Origin: Kiritimatiellia bacterium
GTDB taxonomy: Bacteria > Verrucomicrobiota > Kiritimatiellia > RFP12 > UBA1067
Direction: 5' to 3'
DNA: 64,000 nucleotides
Assembly (NCBI GenBank): GCA_051884805.1
Contig: JBJEWA010000010.1
Coordinates: 3,901 to 67,900 of the forward strand
The notes below the pieces were generated by a model, which was given only the letters and a program-made list of their open reading frames with translations, was not told the DNA's origin and made no database searches. The position numbers were made by a program, and so were the translations under genes. Positions 1 through 9,798 of this stretch are shown here, piece by piece. Position 1 is the first letter of the stretch. Each line of letters starts with the position of its first letter.

Positions 1-2
1 TG

Positions 3-212
3 GGCGACCTGAACGGCCGTCGCGGCAACGTCCTCGACATGGACATGCGCGGCGACTTCCAGGTGATTCACGCCCGCGTGCCGCTCGCCCAGATGTTCGG
101 CTACGCGACGGCGATCCGTTCGCTGACGAAAGGCCGCGCCTCCTATTCGATGGAGACCGACCAGTTTGAAATCGCCCCGAAGAACGTCCGCGAGGAAATT
201 CTCAGCCGATAG
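3..212 (+). CDS. fusA: Elongation factor G, C-terminal end (gene starts upstream of window)
   Basis: Frame 3 reads GDLNGRRGNVLDMDMRGDFQVIHARVPLAQMFGYATAIRSLTKGRASYSMETDQFEIAPKNVREEILSR, stop TAG 210-212. This is the conserved EF-G C-terminal signature, recognised by eye. Confidence 0.85.
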   Translation, partial: GDLNGRRGNVLDMDMRGDFQVIHARVPLAQMFGYATAIRSLTKGRASYSMETDQFEIAPKNVREEILSR

Positions 213-222
213 GAGTGCGAAG

Positions 223-1422
223 ATGAAACGGCAGACGAAGCAGAAGATGAACATGGTCATCGCCCAGTCGGGCGGTCCGTCGATGGTAATCAACCAGTCG
301 CTGGTCGGCGCGGTGCTGGAAGCCCGCAAGTCGGCGAAGATCGGCCGGATCCTCGGGGCGCGGCACGGCATCCTCGGCATCCTCGGCGACGACTACCTCG
401 ACTTGCGCCAGCCGTCGGCGAAGAAGCTGGCGGCGATTGCGGACACGCCGTCGTCGGCGCTCGGCAGCTGCCGCAGGAAGCCGGATGCGGCCGACTGCAA
501 GGCGATCTTCGAGGCCTTCCGCCGGCGGAACGTCGGCTACTTCTTCTACATCGGCGGCAACGATTCGGCGGATGCCGCGCGCATCGTCGCCGAGGAGGCG
601 GAGCAGGCGGGCTATCCGCTCGTCGTCTATCACATTCCGAAGACGATCGACAACGACCTGCGCTCGTGCGACCACACGCCGGGCTTCGGCAGCGCCGCGC
701 GGTTCGTCGCCAGCGCGATCCGGGGCGACGACCTCGACAACCGGGCGCTCGGCGGCGTGAAGATCGACGTCATCATGGGGCGCGATGCGGGCTTCCTGAC
801 GGCCGCCTCGGCGCTGGCGCGCGTCCGCGAGGACGACGGGCCGCACCTCATCTACCTGCCGGAGGTCCCGTTCTCCGAGGCGAAGTTCGTCCGCGACGTG
901 AAGGCGGCGCTGAAGAAGTTCGGCCGCTGCGTCTGCGCGGTGTCCGAGGGCATCCGCGGCAAGGACGGCGTGCCGATCGGCGCCAAGCTCGGCTCGGGCG
1001 AGAAGGACAGCCACGGCAACGTCCAGATGTCCGGCACCGGTGCGCTCGGCGACGCGCTCGCGCGCGTGCTCAAGGAGCAGGCGGGGGTGAAGCGCGTCCG
1101 GGCCGACACCTTCGGCTACCTGCAGCGTTCCTTCCCCGGCATCGCCTCGAAGGTCGATCAGCAGGAGGCGGCGCTGGCGGGGCGGGCGGCCGTGAAGGCC
1201 GCGCTCCGGGGCGAACTCACGAAGGGCACGATCGCCATCGTGCGCGAGGACGGCCGGCAGTACGGGGTCGCCTTTGCGCCCGTGCCGATCCAGAATGCGG
1301 CGAAGTTCACGCGCTCCGTGCCGAAGGAGTACATCGCCCGCAACGGGCATGACGTGACGGCGGCGTTCCTCGCCTATGCCGCGCCGATCGTCGGGGAGCT
1401 TCCCGCGTGCGAGATTTTCTGA
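223..1422 (+). CDS. pfp: Phosphofructokinase, predicted PPi-dependent type (paralogue 1)
   Basis: Track ORF 166-1422 trimmed to ATG 223 (AGGAG at 211-215; the 166 start would overlap fusA). PFK motifs IGGNDSA and IPKTIDNDL. The Asp after GGx and the Lys in PKTIDND are the positions associated with PPi rather than ATP use. Confidence 0.8.
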   Translation: MKRQTKQKMNMVIAQSGGPSMVINQSLVGAVLEARKSAKIGRILGARHGILGILGDDYLDLRQPSAKKLAAIADTPSSALGSCRRKPDAADCKAIFEAFRRRNVGYFFYIGGNDSADAARIVAEEAEQAGYPLVVYHIPKTIDNDLRSCDHTPGFGSAARFVASAIRGDDLDNRALGGVKIDVIMGRDAGFLTAASALARVREDDGPHLIYLPEVPFSEAKFVRDVKAALKKFGRCVCAVSEGIRGKDGVPIGAKLGSGEKDSHGNVQMSGTGALGDALARVLKEQAGVKRVRADTFGYLQRSFPGIASKVDQQEAALAGRAAVKAALRGELTKGTIAIVREDGRQYGVAFAPVPIQNAAKFTRSVPKEYIARNGHDVTAAFLAYAAPIVGELPACEIF

Positions 1423-1428
1423 TACAAT
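1420..1428 (+). promoter_or_regulatory. Extended -10 promoter element TGaTACAAT
   Basis: TGATACAAT overlaps the pfp stop. Only 6 nt separate the hexamer from ATG 1435, implying a leaderless mRNA. Confidence 0.45.
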
Positions 1429-1434
1429 AGGCGC

Positions 1435-2529
1435 ATGATCGAGTTTTCCGAGAGCCAGCGGCGGACGATTGCGACGGGCGTGACCGTGCTGTGCGTGGCC
1501 ATGGTGGTCGCGTTCGTCGCCTTCGTCGCGTGGCTGGTGCTGAAGGGGCTGGCCCTGGCGGCGCCGGCCGTCGTGCCGGTCGTGGTGGGCTTCTTCCTGG
1601 CGCTGTTCTTCAAGCCGTACTTCACCTGGCTGAAGACGCTGGTGCGGAATCCCTCGCTGGCGCTGGTGCTGATGCTGCTCTCGGTTTTCGTGCCGATCGG
1701 CATGCTCCTGTGGTATGCGGGCGCGATTCTGGTCGATCAGGTGACGAATCTCGCCGCGCAGGCTCCGACCCTGGTCCGGCAGGTCTCGGCGTGGTTTCAG
1801 TCCACGTTCCCGAAGTTCCATGCGCTCCTGTTGCAGATGGGGCTGCCGTCGGACGGCCTGTCTGGCCTGTACGCCCAGTACGGATCGACGGCCCTGAAGG
1901 CCGGGTTCAGCGCGCTGAAGTGCCTGACCGGGGTGCTTTCGGCGGTGCTGACGCTGCTCTTCTTCGTGTTCTTCCTGATGACGAAGGACCGCCGCGGCAG
2001 CGAAATCGTCTCGCAGATGCCGTTCCTGAAGGAGGGGACGCGGGGCTTCGTCGCCGAACAGATTGACGCGTTCGTCGGCATCCTGGTGTCGTTCTTCCAG
2101 CGGCAGATCGTCATCTGCCTGATTGAGGGCGTCTTGTACGGGACGGGGTTCTGGCTGGTCAGCCTGCCGTACGGCTTCCTCATCGGCTTTGTGCTCGGCG
2201 TCCTCAACCTCATTCCGTTCTTCGGCTCCGTCGTCTGTCTGCCGGTCGCCCTGCCGCTCGCGTATTTCGTCCACGGCGGTTCGACGACGCGGCTTTTGCT
2301 GGTGCTGCTCGTGTGGGTGACGGGGCAGTTTCTCGACGGCTACCTGATCACGCCGAAGATTCAGGGCAACAAGACCGGGCTTGGGTATGCCGGCGTCATC
2401 TTCAGCTTCTTCTTCTGGGCGACGCTGCTGGGGCCGCTCCTCGGCATGCTGCTGGCGATTCCGCTGTCGGCGTTCTGCGTCATCCTCTGGCGGGCGGTCA
2501 AGGCCCGCTACATCCGCCCGGTCATCTGA
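1435..2529 (+). CDS. AI-2E family transporter (PerM/UPF0118-like permease)
   Basis: 364-aa polytopic membrane protein. Overall TM layout and the C-terminal GPLLGMLLAIPLSAF segment resemble the AI-2E/PerM family. Confidence 0.7.
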   Translation: MIEFSESQRRTIATGVTVLCVAMVVAFVAFVAWLVLKGLALAAPAVVPVVVGFFLALFFKPYFTWLKTLVRNPSLALVLMLLSVFVPIGMLLWYAGAILVDQVTNLAAQAPTLVRQVSAWFQSTFPKFHALLLQMGLPSDGLSGLYAQYGSTALKAGFSALKCLTGVLSAVLTLLFFVFFLMTKDRRGSEIVSQMPFLKEGTRGFVAEQIDAFVGILVSFFQRQIVICLIEGVLYGTGFWLVSLPYGFLIGFVLGVLNLIPFFGSVVCLPVALPLAYFVHGGSTTRLLLVLLVWVTGQFLDGYLITPKIQGNKTGLGYAGVIFSFFFWATLLGPLLGMLLAIPLSAFCVILWRAVKARYIRPVI

Positions 2530-2556
2530 TTCCGCTTTCGCCGTCGGAGACGTCTG

Positions 2557-3399
2557 GTGCAATCGCGCGCACATTCCGGATGCTGCCTGACGGTGGCGGG
2601 AAGCGACAGCGGCGGCAATGCCGGCATTCAGGCCGACTTGCGCACGTTCCACGCGTACGGCCTGCACGGGTGCACGGCCATTGCCGCGCTGACGGCGCAG
2701 AATCCATTTGGCGTCTCTGCCGTCCAGGCGGTGCCGGCGGACTTCGTCGCCGCGCAGCTGGACGCCGTTCTGGGCGTCTATGACCTTCGGGCGCTCAAGA
2801 CGGGAATGCTGGCCGACGCGGCGGTCGTCGAGGCGGTGGCCGATCGGCTGGCGCGGCATCCCGACATCCTGCGGGTGATCGATCCGGTGATGGTGGCGAC
2901 GAGCGGGGCGAAGCTCGTTCCGGACGCGGTAGTCGCGACGATAGCTGCCCGGCTCTTGCCGCTGGCGACGCTGATCACGCCCAACCTGCCCGAAGCCGAG
3001 GTCCTCTGCGGTCGGCGGCCCGATTCCGCTGGTGCGCGGACGGCCGACGTCGGACACGCCCGCGAACTGGCGCGGGAGCTTTACGGTCGCTTCGGCCGTG
3101 CCGTTCTGGTGAAGGGCGGCCACGGGGCGAATGCCGCCGCAGTCGATGTCCTCTACGACGGTCGGGAGTTCCACGAGTTCTCAATGCCGTGGGTGCCGGA
3201 CCCGGTGTCAACGCACGGCACGGGCTGCTCGCTGGCGGCGGCGCTGGCGGCGGAGCTGGCGCTTGGCCGCGACTTGCCGACGGCCGTCGCCGGCGCCAAG
3301 CGCTATGTCCGCGACGCCATCGCCGGATCCTACTGGGTCGGTCGGAACTGCGGCGTGCTGGGCTTCGTCGGACTCGACCGCCGTCCGTTTGTGGTATAA
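2557..3399 (+). CDS. thiD: Hydroxymethylpyrimidine/phosphomethylpyrimidine kinase
   Basis: GTG start. Motifs CLTVAGSDSGGNAGIQADLRTF and HGTGCSLAAALAAELA are typical of ThiD. Confidence 0.85.
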   Translation: MQSRAHSGCCLTVAGSDSGGNAGIQADLRTFHAYGLHGCTAIAALTAQNPFGVSAVQAVPADFVAAQLDAVLGVYDLRALKTGMLADAAVVEAVADRLARHPDILRVIDPVMVATSGAKLVPDAVVATIAARLLPLATLITPNLPEAEVLCGRRPDSAGARTADVGHARELARELYGRFGRAVLVKGGHGANAAAVDVLYDGREFHEFSMPWVPDPVSTHGTGCSLAAALAAELALGRDLPTAVAGAKRYVRDAIAGSYWVGRNCGVLGFVGLDRRPFVV

Positions 3400-3400
3400 T
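3392..3400 (+). promoter_or_regulatory. Extended -10 promoter element TGgTATAAT
   Basis: TTGTGGTATAAT spans the thiD stop codon. 8 nt to ATG 3409, so near-leaderless. Confidence 0.5.
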
Positions 3401-3408
3401 ACCGCGAA

Positions 3409-5187
3409 ATGGAAAGCGGTGTTGGCATTGTCGAATTGAAGAAAATGCGGTTGCAGCTGCCTGAGGGCGGGCTGCGGCTCGCCTACGGCGGCGTGCTCAA
3501 GGAAGTCGAGGTCGCCTACGAGGAATGCGGCGCACCGCTGGACGGCACCAACGCGGTCTACGTCTGCCATGCCCTCACGGGCGATGCGCACGTCGCCGGC
3601 ATCCGGCCCGGCGAGGACCGGCCGAGCGGCTGGTGGGAGAAGATGGTCGGCCCCGGCCGCGCCATCGACACCAACCGCTATCACGTCATCTGCGCGAACG
3701 TGCTCGGCGGCTGCAGCGGCACGACTGGCCCGATGTCGGTCAACCCCGACACCGGCAGGCCCTACGGATCGTCCTTCCCGCAGTACACGTTCGACGACGC
3801 GGTGGACGTCTTCCGGCTGTTCCTGAAGCAGCTGGGCGTCAAGAAGCTGGCGGCGCTGATCGGCGGCAGCTACGGCGGCCTGCAGGTCGTCAACTGGATC
3901 ACGCGCTATCCCGACGAGATGGAGAAGGCGTGCCTGATCGCGACGAGCGCGACGCTGAACACGCAGGCGATCGCCTTCAGCGTGATGAGCCGCAACTCGA
4001 TTACGGACGATCCGAAGTGGAAGGGCGGCGACTACTACCTTGAGGGCGACGGCAGGGGTCCCGGCGCCGGGCTCGCCTCGGCGCGGCAGCTCGCCCACAT
4101 CACCTATCTCTCGCGCGAGCTGCTGCAGAAGAAGTTCCAGCGCAACCTCCAGCAGAACTTCGTCGACGCCCCTGCGGCGGAGCGGGCGGAGCGCGACCGG
4201 CTCTTCAAGACCTACTTCCAGATCGAGAGCTATCTCGACTACCAGGCGGCGAAGTTCCTGCGGCGCTTCGACGCCAACAGCTACCTGCACATCACGCGCT
4301 CGATGGACCTCTACGATCCCTGCGACCGATACGGGTCGCTCGACGCGGCGTTCGCGCGGGTGCAGGCGAAGGTGCTCGTCGTCTCGTATCGGAACGACAT
4401 CCTCTTCCCGTGGTGGCAGTCGAAGGAGATCGTCGCCGCGCTCCTGCGGGCGAAGCGGTCGGTTTCCTACTGCCATCTCGAAAGCGGCACGGGCCACGAC
4501 TCGTTCCTGACCGACATCGAGGACCTCTCCAAGCTCGTGGGCGGCTTCCTCGGTCGGCGCGAGGCCAAGGTGATGGACTGGCAGGTCCGCCACCACCGGA
4601 ACGTCATCGACATGGTGCGGGAAGGCGCGCGCGTCGTGGACATTGGCTGCGGCGACGGCACGCTCCTCAATGTCCTGCGCGAGAAGAAGCACGTGAAGGG
4701 CGACGGCATCGACATCGACGTGGAGCAGATCGAGGAGGCGCTGGCCGACGGCCACGATATGTTCTGGGACGATGCGGACGACGGCCTCGAGACCTTCCCC
4801 GACCGGTACTACGACACGGCGATCGTCTCGGACACGCTGCAGGAGGTGAAGAATCCGCGCGGGCTTCTGCGCGAGGCGCTGCGGATCGCCGACGAGGCGA
4901 TCGTCACCTTCCCGAACTTCGCGGCGTACCGCATCCGCCTCTTCCTGGCGCTGACCGGGCGGCTTCCCGTCTCGAAGCAGCTGCCGTTCGAGTGGTACGA
5001 CACGCCGAACATCCACTGCGTGACGCTGAAGGACTTCCGCCGGCTCTGCGAGCGGGAGGGCTACGAGATCCGCGAGGTGCGCGCCGAGTCGCGGCATCTC
5101 TTCGGGCGGCTCCTGCTGGCCCTCGGACTCAAGAACCTCGGCGCCTCGAAGATCATCGCCCGCATCGCGCGGAAGCAACGGAGCTGA
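3409..5187 (+). CDS. metX: Homoserine O-acetyltransferase fused to MetW-like domain
   Basis: N-terminal ~380 aa is a MetX alpha/beta hydrolase (nucleophile elbow IGGSYGGLQ). C-terminal ~200 aa is a MetW-like methyltransferase fold (VVDIGCGDGTLLNVL). One uninterrupted 592-aa ORF. Confidence 0.85.
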   Translation: MESGVGIVELKKMRLQLPEGGLRLAYGGVLKEVEVAYEECGAPLDGTNAVYVCHALTGDAHVAGIRPGEDRPSGWWEKMVGPGRAIDTNRYHVICANVLGGCSGTTGPMSVNPDTGRPYGSSFPQYTFDDAVDVFRLFLKQLGVKKLAALIGGSYGGLQVVNWITRYPDEMEKACLIATSATLNTQAIAFSVMSRNSITDDPKWKGGDYYLEGDGRGPGAGLASARQLAHITYLSRELLQKKFQRNLQQNFVDAPAAERAERDRLFKTYFQIESYLDYQAAKFLRRFDANSYLHITRSMDLYDPCDRYGSLDAAFARVQAKVLVVSYRNDILFPWWQSKEIVAALLRAKRSVSYCHLESGTGHDSFLTDIEDLSKLVGGFLGRREAKVMDWQVRHHRNVIDMVREGARVVDIGCGDGTLLNVLREKKHVKGDGIDIDVEQIEEALADGHDMFWDDADDGLETFPDRYYDTAIVSDTLQEVKNPRGLLREALRIADEAIVTFPNFAAYRIRLFLALTGRLPVSKQLPFEWYDTPNIHCVTLKDFRRLCEREGYEIREVRAESRHLFGRLLLALGLKNLGASKIIARIARKQRS

Positions 5188-5195
5188 CGGCGGCC

Positions 5196-5609
5196 ATGGA
5201 CGACGCCACGCTGATCGCGACGGCCCTCGAACGGGTGAAGGCGGCGTATGCGCCGTACTCGCGCTTTCAGGTCGGCGCGGCGGTCCTGGCCGGTTCCGGG
5301 CGAATCTACGGCGGCGCGAACGTCGAGAACGCCTCGTACGGCGCGGCGGTCTGCGCCGAGCGCGCGGCGGTCTGCGCGGCGGTCAACGCCGGCGAGCGTA
5401 CGCTGCGGGCGCTGGCCGTCTGCGGCGGGCGGGACGGGGTCGTGACGGACTACTGCCCGCCATGCGGCATCTGCCGCCAGGTCCTGCGCGAGTTCTGCAA
5501 TCCGGGGGAACTGCGGGTCCTGCTTGCCCGGTCGGTGACGGACTACCGGGTGCTGACCCTGGAACAGCTCCTGCCCGAGAGCTTCGGACCCGAGGCGCTG
5601 CACGGCTGA
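5196..5609 (+). CDS. cdd: Cytidine deaminase
   Basis: Tail of track ORF 4410-5609 from ATG 5196. Zinc motifs VCAERAAV and CPPCGICRQ. Confidence 0.85.
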   Translation: MDDATLIATALERVKAAYAPYSRFQVGAAVLAGSGRIYGGANVENASYGAAVCAERAAVCAAVNAGERTLRALAVCGGRDGVVTDYCPPCGICRQVLREFCNPGELRVLLARSVTDYRVLTLEQLLPESFGPEALHG

Positions 5610-7516
5610 TGGCGAAGGGAATCGCAGCGGCGACGCTTGAGGAGATCAAGGCGCGGATCGACCTGGCGGACCTCGTCGCGTCCTACGGCGTCGCCGTGAA
5701 GACGGCGGGCGCCACGAAGAAGGCCTGCTGTCCGTTCCACCACGAGAAGACGCCGTCGTTCGTCATCAACGAGGCGAAGGGCTTCTATCACTGCTTCGGC
5801 TGCGGCGAGTCGGGGGACGCGATCGGCTTCGTCCGGAAGATGGACGGCCTCACGTTCGTCGAGGCGGTGAAGAAGCTGGCCGAACGGTGCGGCGTGAGGG
5901 TTGAGGAGCAGGAGGACCCGACGGCCGGCCGGCGCAGCCGGCTGCTGGCGCTGCTGGCGGAAATCGCGCAGTTCTACCATCGCTGCCTGCGGCAGGCGAA
6001 GGCGGGCGAGCTTGCGCGCGCGTATCTCGTGGAGCGCGACCTGGGCGAACAGGTTCAGGCGGACTATCTGATCGGCTATGCGCCGGACGGCCTCGACAAC
6101 GTGCTCAAGTGGGCCGGAAAATACGGCTATTCGGCGGAGGAGATGGAGGCCGCGGGCATCGTCAAGGGCCCGACGCGCCCGGGCGGTCTCGGCTATCACC
6201 GGTTCGGCGGGCGGCTGATGTTCTCCATCCGGGACAAACAGGGCCGCGTCGTCGGCTTTTCGGGGCGGCAGCTCGTCGCCTCGAAGCGTTCCGGCAAGTA
6301 CGTGAACTCTCCGGAGACGCTGGTCTTCAGGAAGTCGAACGTGCTCTACGGCTTCGACAAGGCCGCCGGCGCGATCGCCCGGGTGCCGAATCGCGAGGCG
6401 ATCGTCTGCGAGGGCCAGATCGACTGCATCCGCCTGCAGATCAGCGGCTTCCCGAATGCGGTGGCCGGACAGGGCACGGCCTTCACCGAAGAGCACGTGA
6501 AGATGCTCAAGCAGGTCTCCGACCAGGTCGCGCTCGTCTACGATGACGACGAGGCGGGACACAAGGCGACGGTCAAGTCGGCGCGGCTCTGCCTGGCGGC
6601 GGAGCTGCCGGTCCGGGTGGTGTCGCTGCCGGGCGGGGACGATCCCGACTCCTTCCTGCGGACGCATCCGGCGGCGGATTTCCGCGCGTTGCTCGACAAT
6701 GCGGAGTCGATCATGTCCTTTCAGGTCCGGGCGGAACGGGCGAAGGAGCGCGACCCCGACTCCATCGACGCCGTCAACCGCATCGCCCGGGAAGTCCTCC
6801 TGACGGTCGCGCAGTGTCCGAATGCGGTTCTCCGCGCAAGCATGGTCGGCGAGGCGGCGAAGCTGCTCCGGCTGCCGTCCGTCGCGCTGGAGGAGGAACT
6901 GGCGAAAATCCGGGCGGACGGCCGTTCCGCTCCGCCGCCGCGGCCGACGGCCGCCGTTCCCGCTCCGCCGCCGGACGAGCCTACTTCCGCCGTCGGCGAT
7001 CCCGCCGACGAAACGGCACCGCTGGCCGGCGAGTCGGCCGCCTCCGTCCTCCCGCCGCCGCCGCGGGAACTGGCGCTTTGTGCGTTCCTGCTGGCGAACG
7101 AATATGACCAGACGCTGGCCGACACGGTGGCGGAGTTCCTGCCGGCGAAGGTGTTCGCCCACGACTTCACGGCGCGGTTCGTCGAGACGTGGCGGGCGGA
7201 AGCGGCCGGCGGCGGCGACCTGATGCGGGAGTTCGCGGACCGGCTCGGGGCGGACGAGCGCGCCTGGCTGGATGTCGTGCTCCTCGACGGCGGCAAGACG
7301 CAGTCGAGCGGCCTGAGTCCGACTGACATTTTGCAGGATTTCGTCCGCTCGCTCTGGTCCGACGCCCTGAGGCGCGCGCGCGGCAAGCTGCCGGCGCACG
7401 GCGATCCGGAAGCGGACCTGCGGCGCATGAAGCTGTCGACGGACCTCAAGCGCCTGTCGACGGCACGGTGGCATTCGGTCAAGGAGACCATCCGCGACTG
7501 GGCGTCGGATTTATGA
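5609..7516 (+). CDS. dnaG: DNA primase
   Basis: ATG 5609 overlaps the cdd stop (TGATG). Zinc ribbon CCPFHHEKTPSFVINEAKGFYHCFGCGESGD. TOPRIM motifs EGQIDCI and YDDDEAG. Pro/Ala-rich linker before the C-terminal domain. Confidence 0.9.
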   Translation: MAKGIAAATLEEIKARIDLADLVASYGVAVKTAGATKKACCPFHHEKTPSFVINEAKGFYHCFGCGESGDAIGFVRKMDGLTFVEAVKKLAERCGVRVEEQEDPTAGRRSRLLALLAEIAQFYHRCLRQAKAGELARAYLVERDLGEQVQADYLIGYAPDGLDNVLKWAGKYGYSAEEMEAAGIVKGPTRPGGLGYHRFGGRLMFSIRDKQGRVVGFSGRQLVASKRSGKYVNSPETLVFRKSNVLYGFDKAAGAIARVPNREAIVCEGQIDCIRLQISGFPNAVAGQGTAFTEEHVKMLKQVSDQVALVYDDDEAGHKATVKSARLCLAAELPVRVVSLPGGDDPDSFLRTHPAADFRALLDNAESIMSFQVRAERAKERDPDSIDAVNRIAREVLLTVAQCPNAVLRASMVGEAAKLLRLPSVALEEELAKIRADGRSAPPPRPTAAVPAPPPDEPTSAVGDPADETAPLAGESAASVLPPPPRELALCAFLLANEYDQTLADTVAEFLPAKVFAHDFTARFVETWRAEAAGGGDLMREFADRLGADERAWLDVVLLDGGKTQSSGLSPTDILQDFVRSLWSDALRRARGKLPAHGDPEADLRRMKLSTDLKRLSTARWHSVKETIRDWASDL

Positions 7517-7554
7517 CACAAATCCATCAAGTGTCACAACTCCGGCGGTAAAAA

Positions 7555-7563
7555 TGGTATAAT
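7555..7563 (+). promoter_or_regulatory. Extended -10 promoter element TGgTATAAT
   Basis: AT-rich island in the dnaG-fabF gap, 39 nt upstream of ATG 7603. A purine-rich AAGGAAAG follows. Confidence 0.5.
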
Positions 7564-7602
7564 GGCCGCGTTTCTGTCGGTTATGCAAGGAAAGACATCA
7601 AC

Positions 7603-8865
7603 ATGAAAAAAGTGCTGATAACGGGCATTGGTATGCTGACTCCCTGCGGGAACGGCAAGGACGCGTCGTGGGCGGCGGTCAAGGCCGGCAAGAGCGGCAT
7701 CGGAAGAATCACCAAGTTCGATCCCTCGCGGTGCACGGCGCAAGTGGCCGGCGAAATCAAGGGTTTTGACGAGTACGTCGCGGCGACCGGGTTGCTCGAC
7801 CGCAAGGCGGCGCGGCACATGGCGCTTTTCACGCGCTATGCGGTTGCGGCCGCGCGGGAGGCCTGGAAGGACGCCGGGTATTCGGACGAGGTGCATCCCG
7901 ACATGCGGCGCGTCGGCACGCTCATGGGCGTCGGCATCGGCGGCATTGACGTGATGGAAGATGGCTTCCGGACGCTGTTCGAGCGCGGTCCCGACCGGAT
8001 GATGCCGACGATGATTCCCGCCATGATCGCCAACGAAAGCGCCGGCAACATTTCGATTGCCCTGGGTGCGCACGGCCCGTCCCAGGTGGTCGTGACGGCT
8101 TGCGCCAGCTCGACGGATGCGATCGGCTTTGCCCTGGACATGATCCGGACCGGGCGCGCCGACGTCGTCGTGGCGGGCGGTTCGGAGGCGGTTATCCGCG
8201 AGTATTGCGTCGGCGGGTTCATGAAGATGCGTGCGCTGGCGACGGAGTTCAACGACCAGCCGGAGCGCGCGTCGCGTCCGTTCAACGCGGACCGGTGCGG
8301 CTTCGTCATGGGCGAGGGCGCGGCCGTTTTGGTGCTGGAGTCCGAGGAGCACGCGCGTGCGCGCGCCGCGCGGGTCTACTGCGAGCTGGCGGGCTACGGC
8401 GCGACCAGCGACGCCTACCACATCACGGCGCCCGATCCCTCCGGCCGGGGCGCGGTTGACGCCGTGCGCTTCGCGCTGGAGGACGCCGGCATGGCCGACG
8501 GCGCCGAAATCGACTACATCAACGCGCACGGGACCTCGACCCATCTCAACGACGCGATGGAGACGAAGGCGTTCAAGGAGGTGTTCGGCGAGCGGGCCCG
8601 CCAGATCAAGGTCTCGTCGACCAAGTCGATGACCGGGCATCTGCTGGGCGCGGCGGGCGCGGCGGAGGCGGCGTTCTGCGCCTTGGCCCTGCACGAGGGC
8701 TTCGTGCCGCCGACGATCAACTACGAGTCGCCGGATCCCGAGTGCGACCTCGACTATACGCCGAACGTCGGCGTGGCGATGCCCCTGCGCGCGGCGCTTT
8801 CGACCTCGCTGGGCTTCGGCGGCCACAACGGCGCACTGGTGTTCCGGCACTTCGCGGCTTCCTGA
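7603..8865 (+). CDS. fabF: 3-oxoacyl-ACP synthase II
   Basis: Active-site Cys context VVTACASSTDAIG, plus HGTSTHLND and GHLLGAAGA motifs. Confidence 0.9.
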   Translation: MKKVLITGIGMLTPCGNGKDASWAAVKAGKSGIGRITKFDPSRCTAQVAGEIKGFDEYVAATGLLDRKAARHMALFTRYAVAAAREAWKDAGYSDEVHPDMRRVGTLMGVGIGGIDVMEDGFRTLFERGPDRMMPTMIPAMIANESAGNISIALGAHGPSQVVVTACASSTDAIGFALDMIRTGRADVVVAGGSEAVIREYCVGGFMKMRALATEFNDQPERASRPFNADRCGFVMGEGAAVLVLESEEHARARAARVYCELAGYGATSDAYHITAPDPSGRGAVDAVRFALEDAGMADGAEIDYINAHGTSTHLNDAMETKAFKEVFGERARQIKVSSTKSMTGHLLGAAGAAEAAFCALALHEGFVPPTINYESPDPECDLDYTPNVGVAMPLRAALSTSLGFGGHNGALVFRHFAAS

Positions 8866-8871
8866 TTTCCG

Positions 8872-9705
8872 ATGGACTTTTTCGTCGTCGATTCGCAGCA
8901 GTGCGTCCGTTGCGGCGCCTGCGTACGGGATTGCGCGTTCGGGGCGCTCAAGGCGGACGGCCTGGGCGCTCCGCAGATGGCGTCGCCGGAAAAGTGCATG
9001 CGCTGCCAGCATTGCCTGGCGATCTGCCCGACGGGGGCCGTGACGGTTGACGGCAAGACGGCGGCGGACTGTCCGCCGGTCGCCGGCGCCGAGCTGCCGT
9101 CGCCGACGGCGGTCCGGAACTGGCTGTCGCTCCGGCGTTCGGTCCGCCGCTTTGCGGACGCGGACGTCGCGCCGGAGCTGCTGGACGGTCTGCTGCGGAC
9201 GCTGGGCAACACGCCGACGGGCTGCAACGCCCGGCAGCTGACGTTCACGTGCTTTCCGGACCGGGCGTCGATGGACGCGGTCCGGCGGCGTTTTCTCGAA
9301 ACGCTGGCCGCGCCGCACGAGCGCCTTCTGCCGCGCTGGCTGGCCGTGCCGGCGCTGCGCCTGCGCAAGGGCGGGCAGGACCTCTTCTTCCGGGGCGCGT
9401 CGGGGCTGCTGGTCATTTCGTCGGACACCAGCCATCCGGCGGTGACCACGCCTCGTGAGGACGTGACGATTGCCTGTTCGAACTTCGAGCTGCTGGCGAA
9501 CGCCAACGGCATCGGCACTTGCTGGTTCGGCTTTCTCAACCTGATCGAATCCGCGCTGCCCGGCTTCGTCCAGACGCTGACCGGCGTTCCGCGCGGACAC
9601 GCCTTCGCGGCGATTCTCTTCGGCCAGCCGGTCGTCCGCTATCCCCGCGGCGTCGCCCGCGAGGACTACGCCAGCATCGTCTACCGGCGGGCTTCGGCGG
9701 ACTGA
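8872..9705 (+). CDS. Ferredoxin-nitroreductase fusion protein
   Basis: Two 4Fe-4S motifs (CVRCGACVRDC, CMRCQHCLAICP), followed by a nitroreductase-family-like domain (LRRSVRRF ...). Confidence 0.65.
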   Translation: MDFFVVDSQQCVRCGACVRDCAFGALKADGLGAPQMASPEKCMRCQHCLAICPTGAVTVDGKTAADCPPVAGAELPSPTAVRNWLSLRRSVRRFADADVAPELLDGLLRTLGNTPTGCNARQLTFTCFPDRASMDAVRRRFLETLAAPHERLLPRWLAVPALRLRKGGQDLFFRGASGLLVISSDTSHPAVTTPREDVTIACSNFELLANANGIGTCWFGFLNLIESALPGFVQTLTGVPRGHAFAAILFGQPVVRYPRGVAREDYASIVYRRASAD

Positions 9706-9730
9706 CGCGCACCGCTCCGGCGGTTTTATC

Positions 9731-9790
9731 CTGTCAACAGGTTGCGGTTGCCGTTTGGGCTGACTACAACCTGTTGACAACTGTTGACAG
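9731..9790. repeat. 13-bp inverted repeat plus tandem CTGTTGACA direct repeat
   Basis: CTGTCAACAGGTTG (9731-9744) is the reverse complement of CAACCTGTTGACA (9767-9779). CTGTTGACA recurs at 9771-9779 and 9781-9789. Confidence 0.7.
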
Positions 9791-9798
9791 CCTTCCTC

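Noticed and set aside
166-222. Upstream start at 166 for the first phosphofructokinase.
   Set aside because: It would overlap the fusA C-terminus by 47 nt. ATG 223 has an AGGAG at proper spacing and gives a normal PFK N-terminus.
202-3174. Very long antisense or alternative-frame ORFs. Examples: 202-3174 (-), 3208-5178 (-), 5543-7474 (-), 7534-9828 (-), 9890-12076 (-), 19012-21768 (-), 34555-37044 (-), 52330-54303 (-), 54171-56048 (-).
   Set aside because: They mirror clearly identifiable genes on the opposite strand or in another frame. Their products are Arg/Pro/Gly/Ala-rich low-complexity sequence. This is the expected stop-codon depletion of a high-G+C genome, not real genes.
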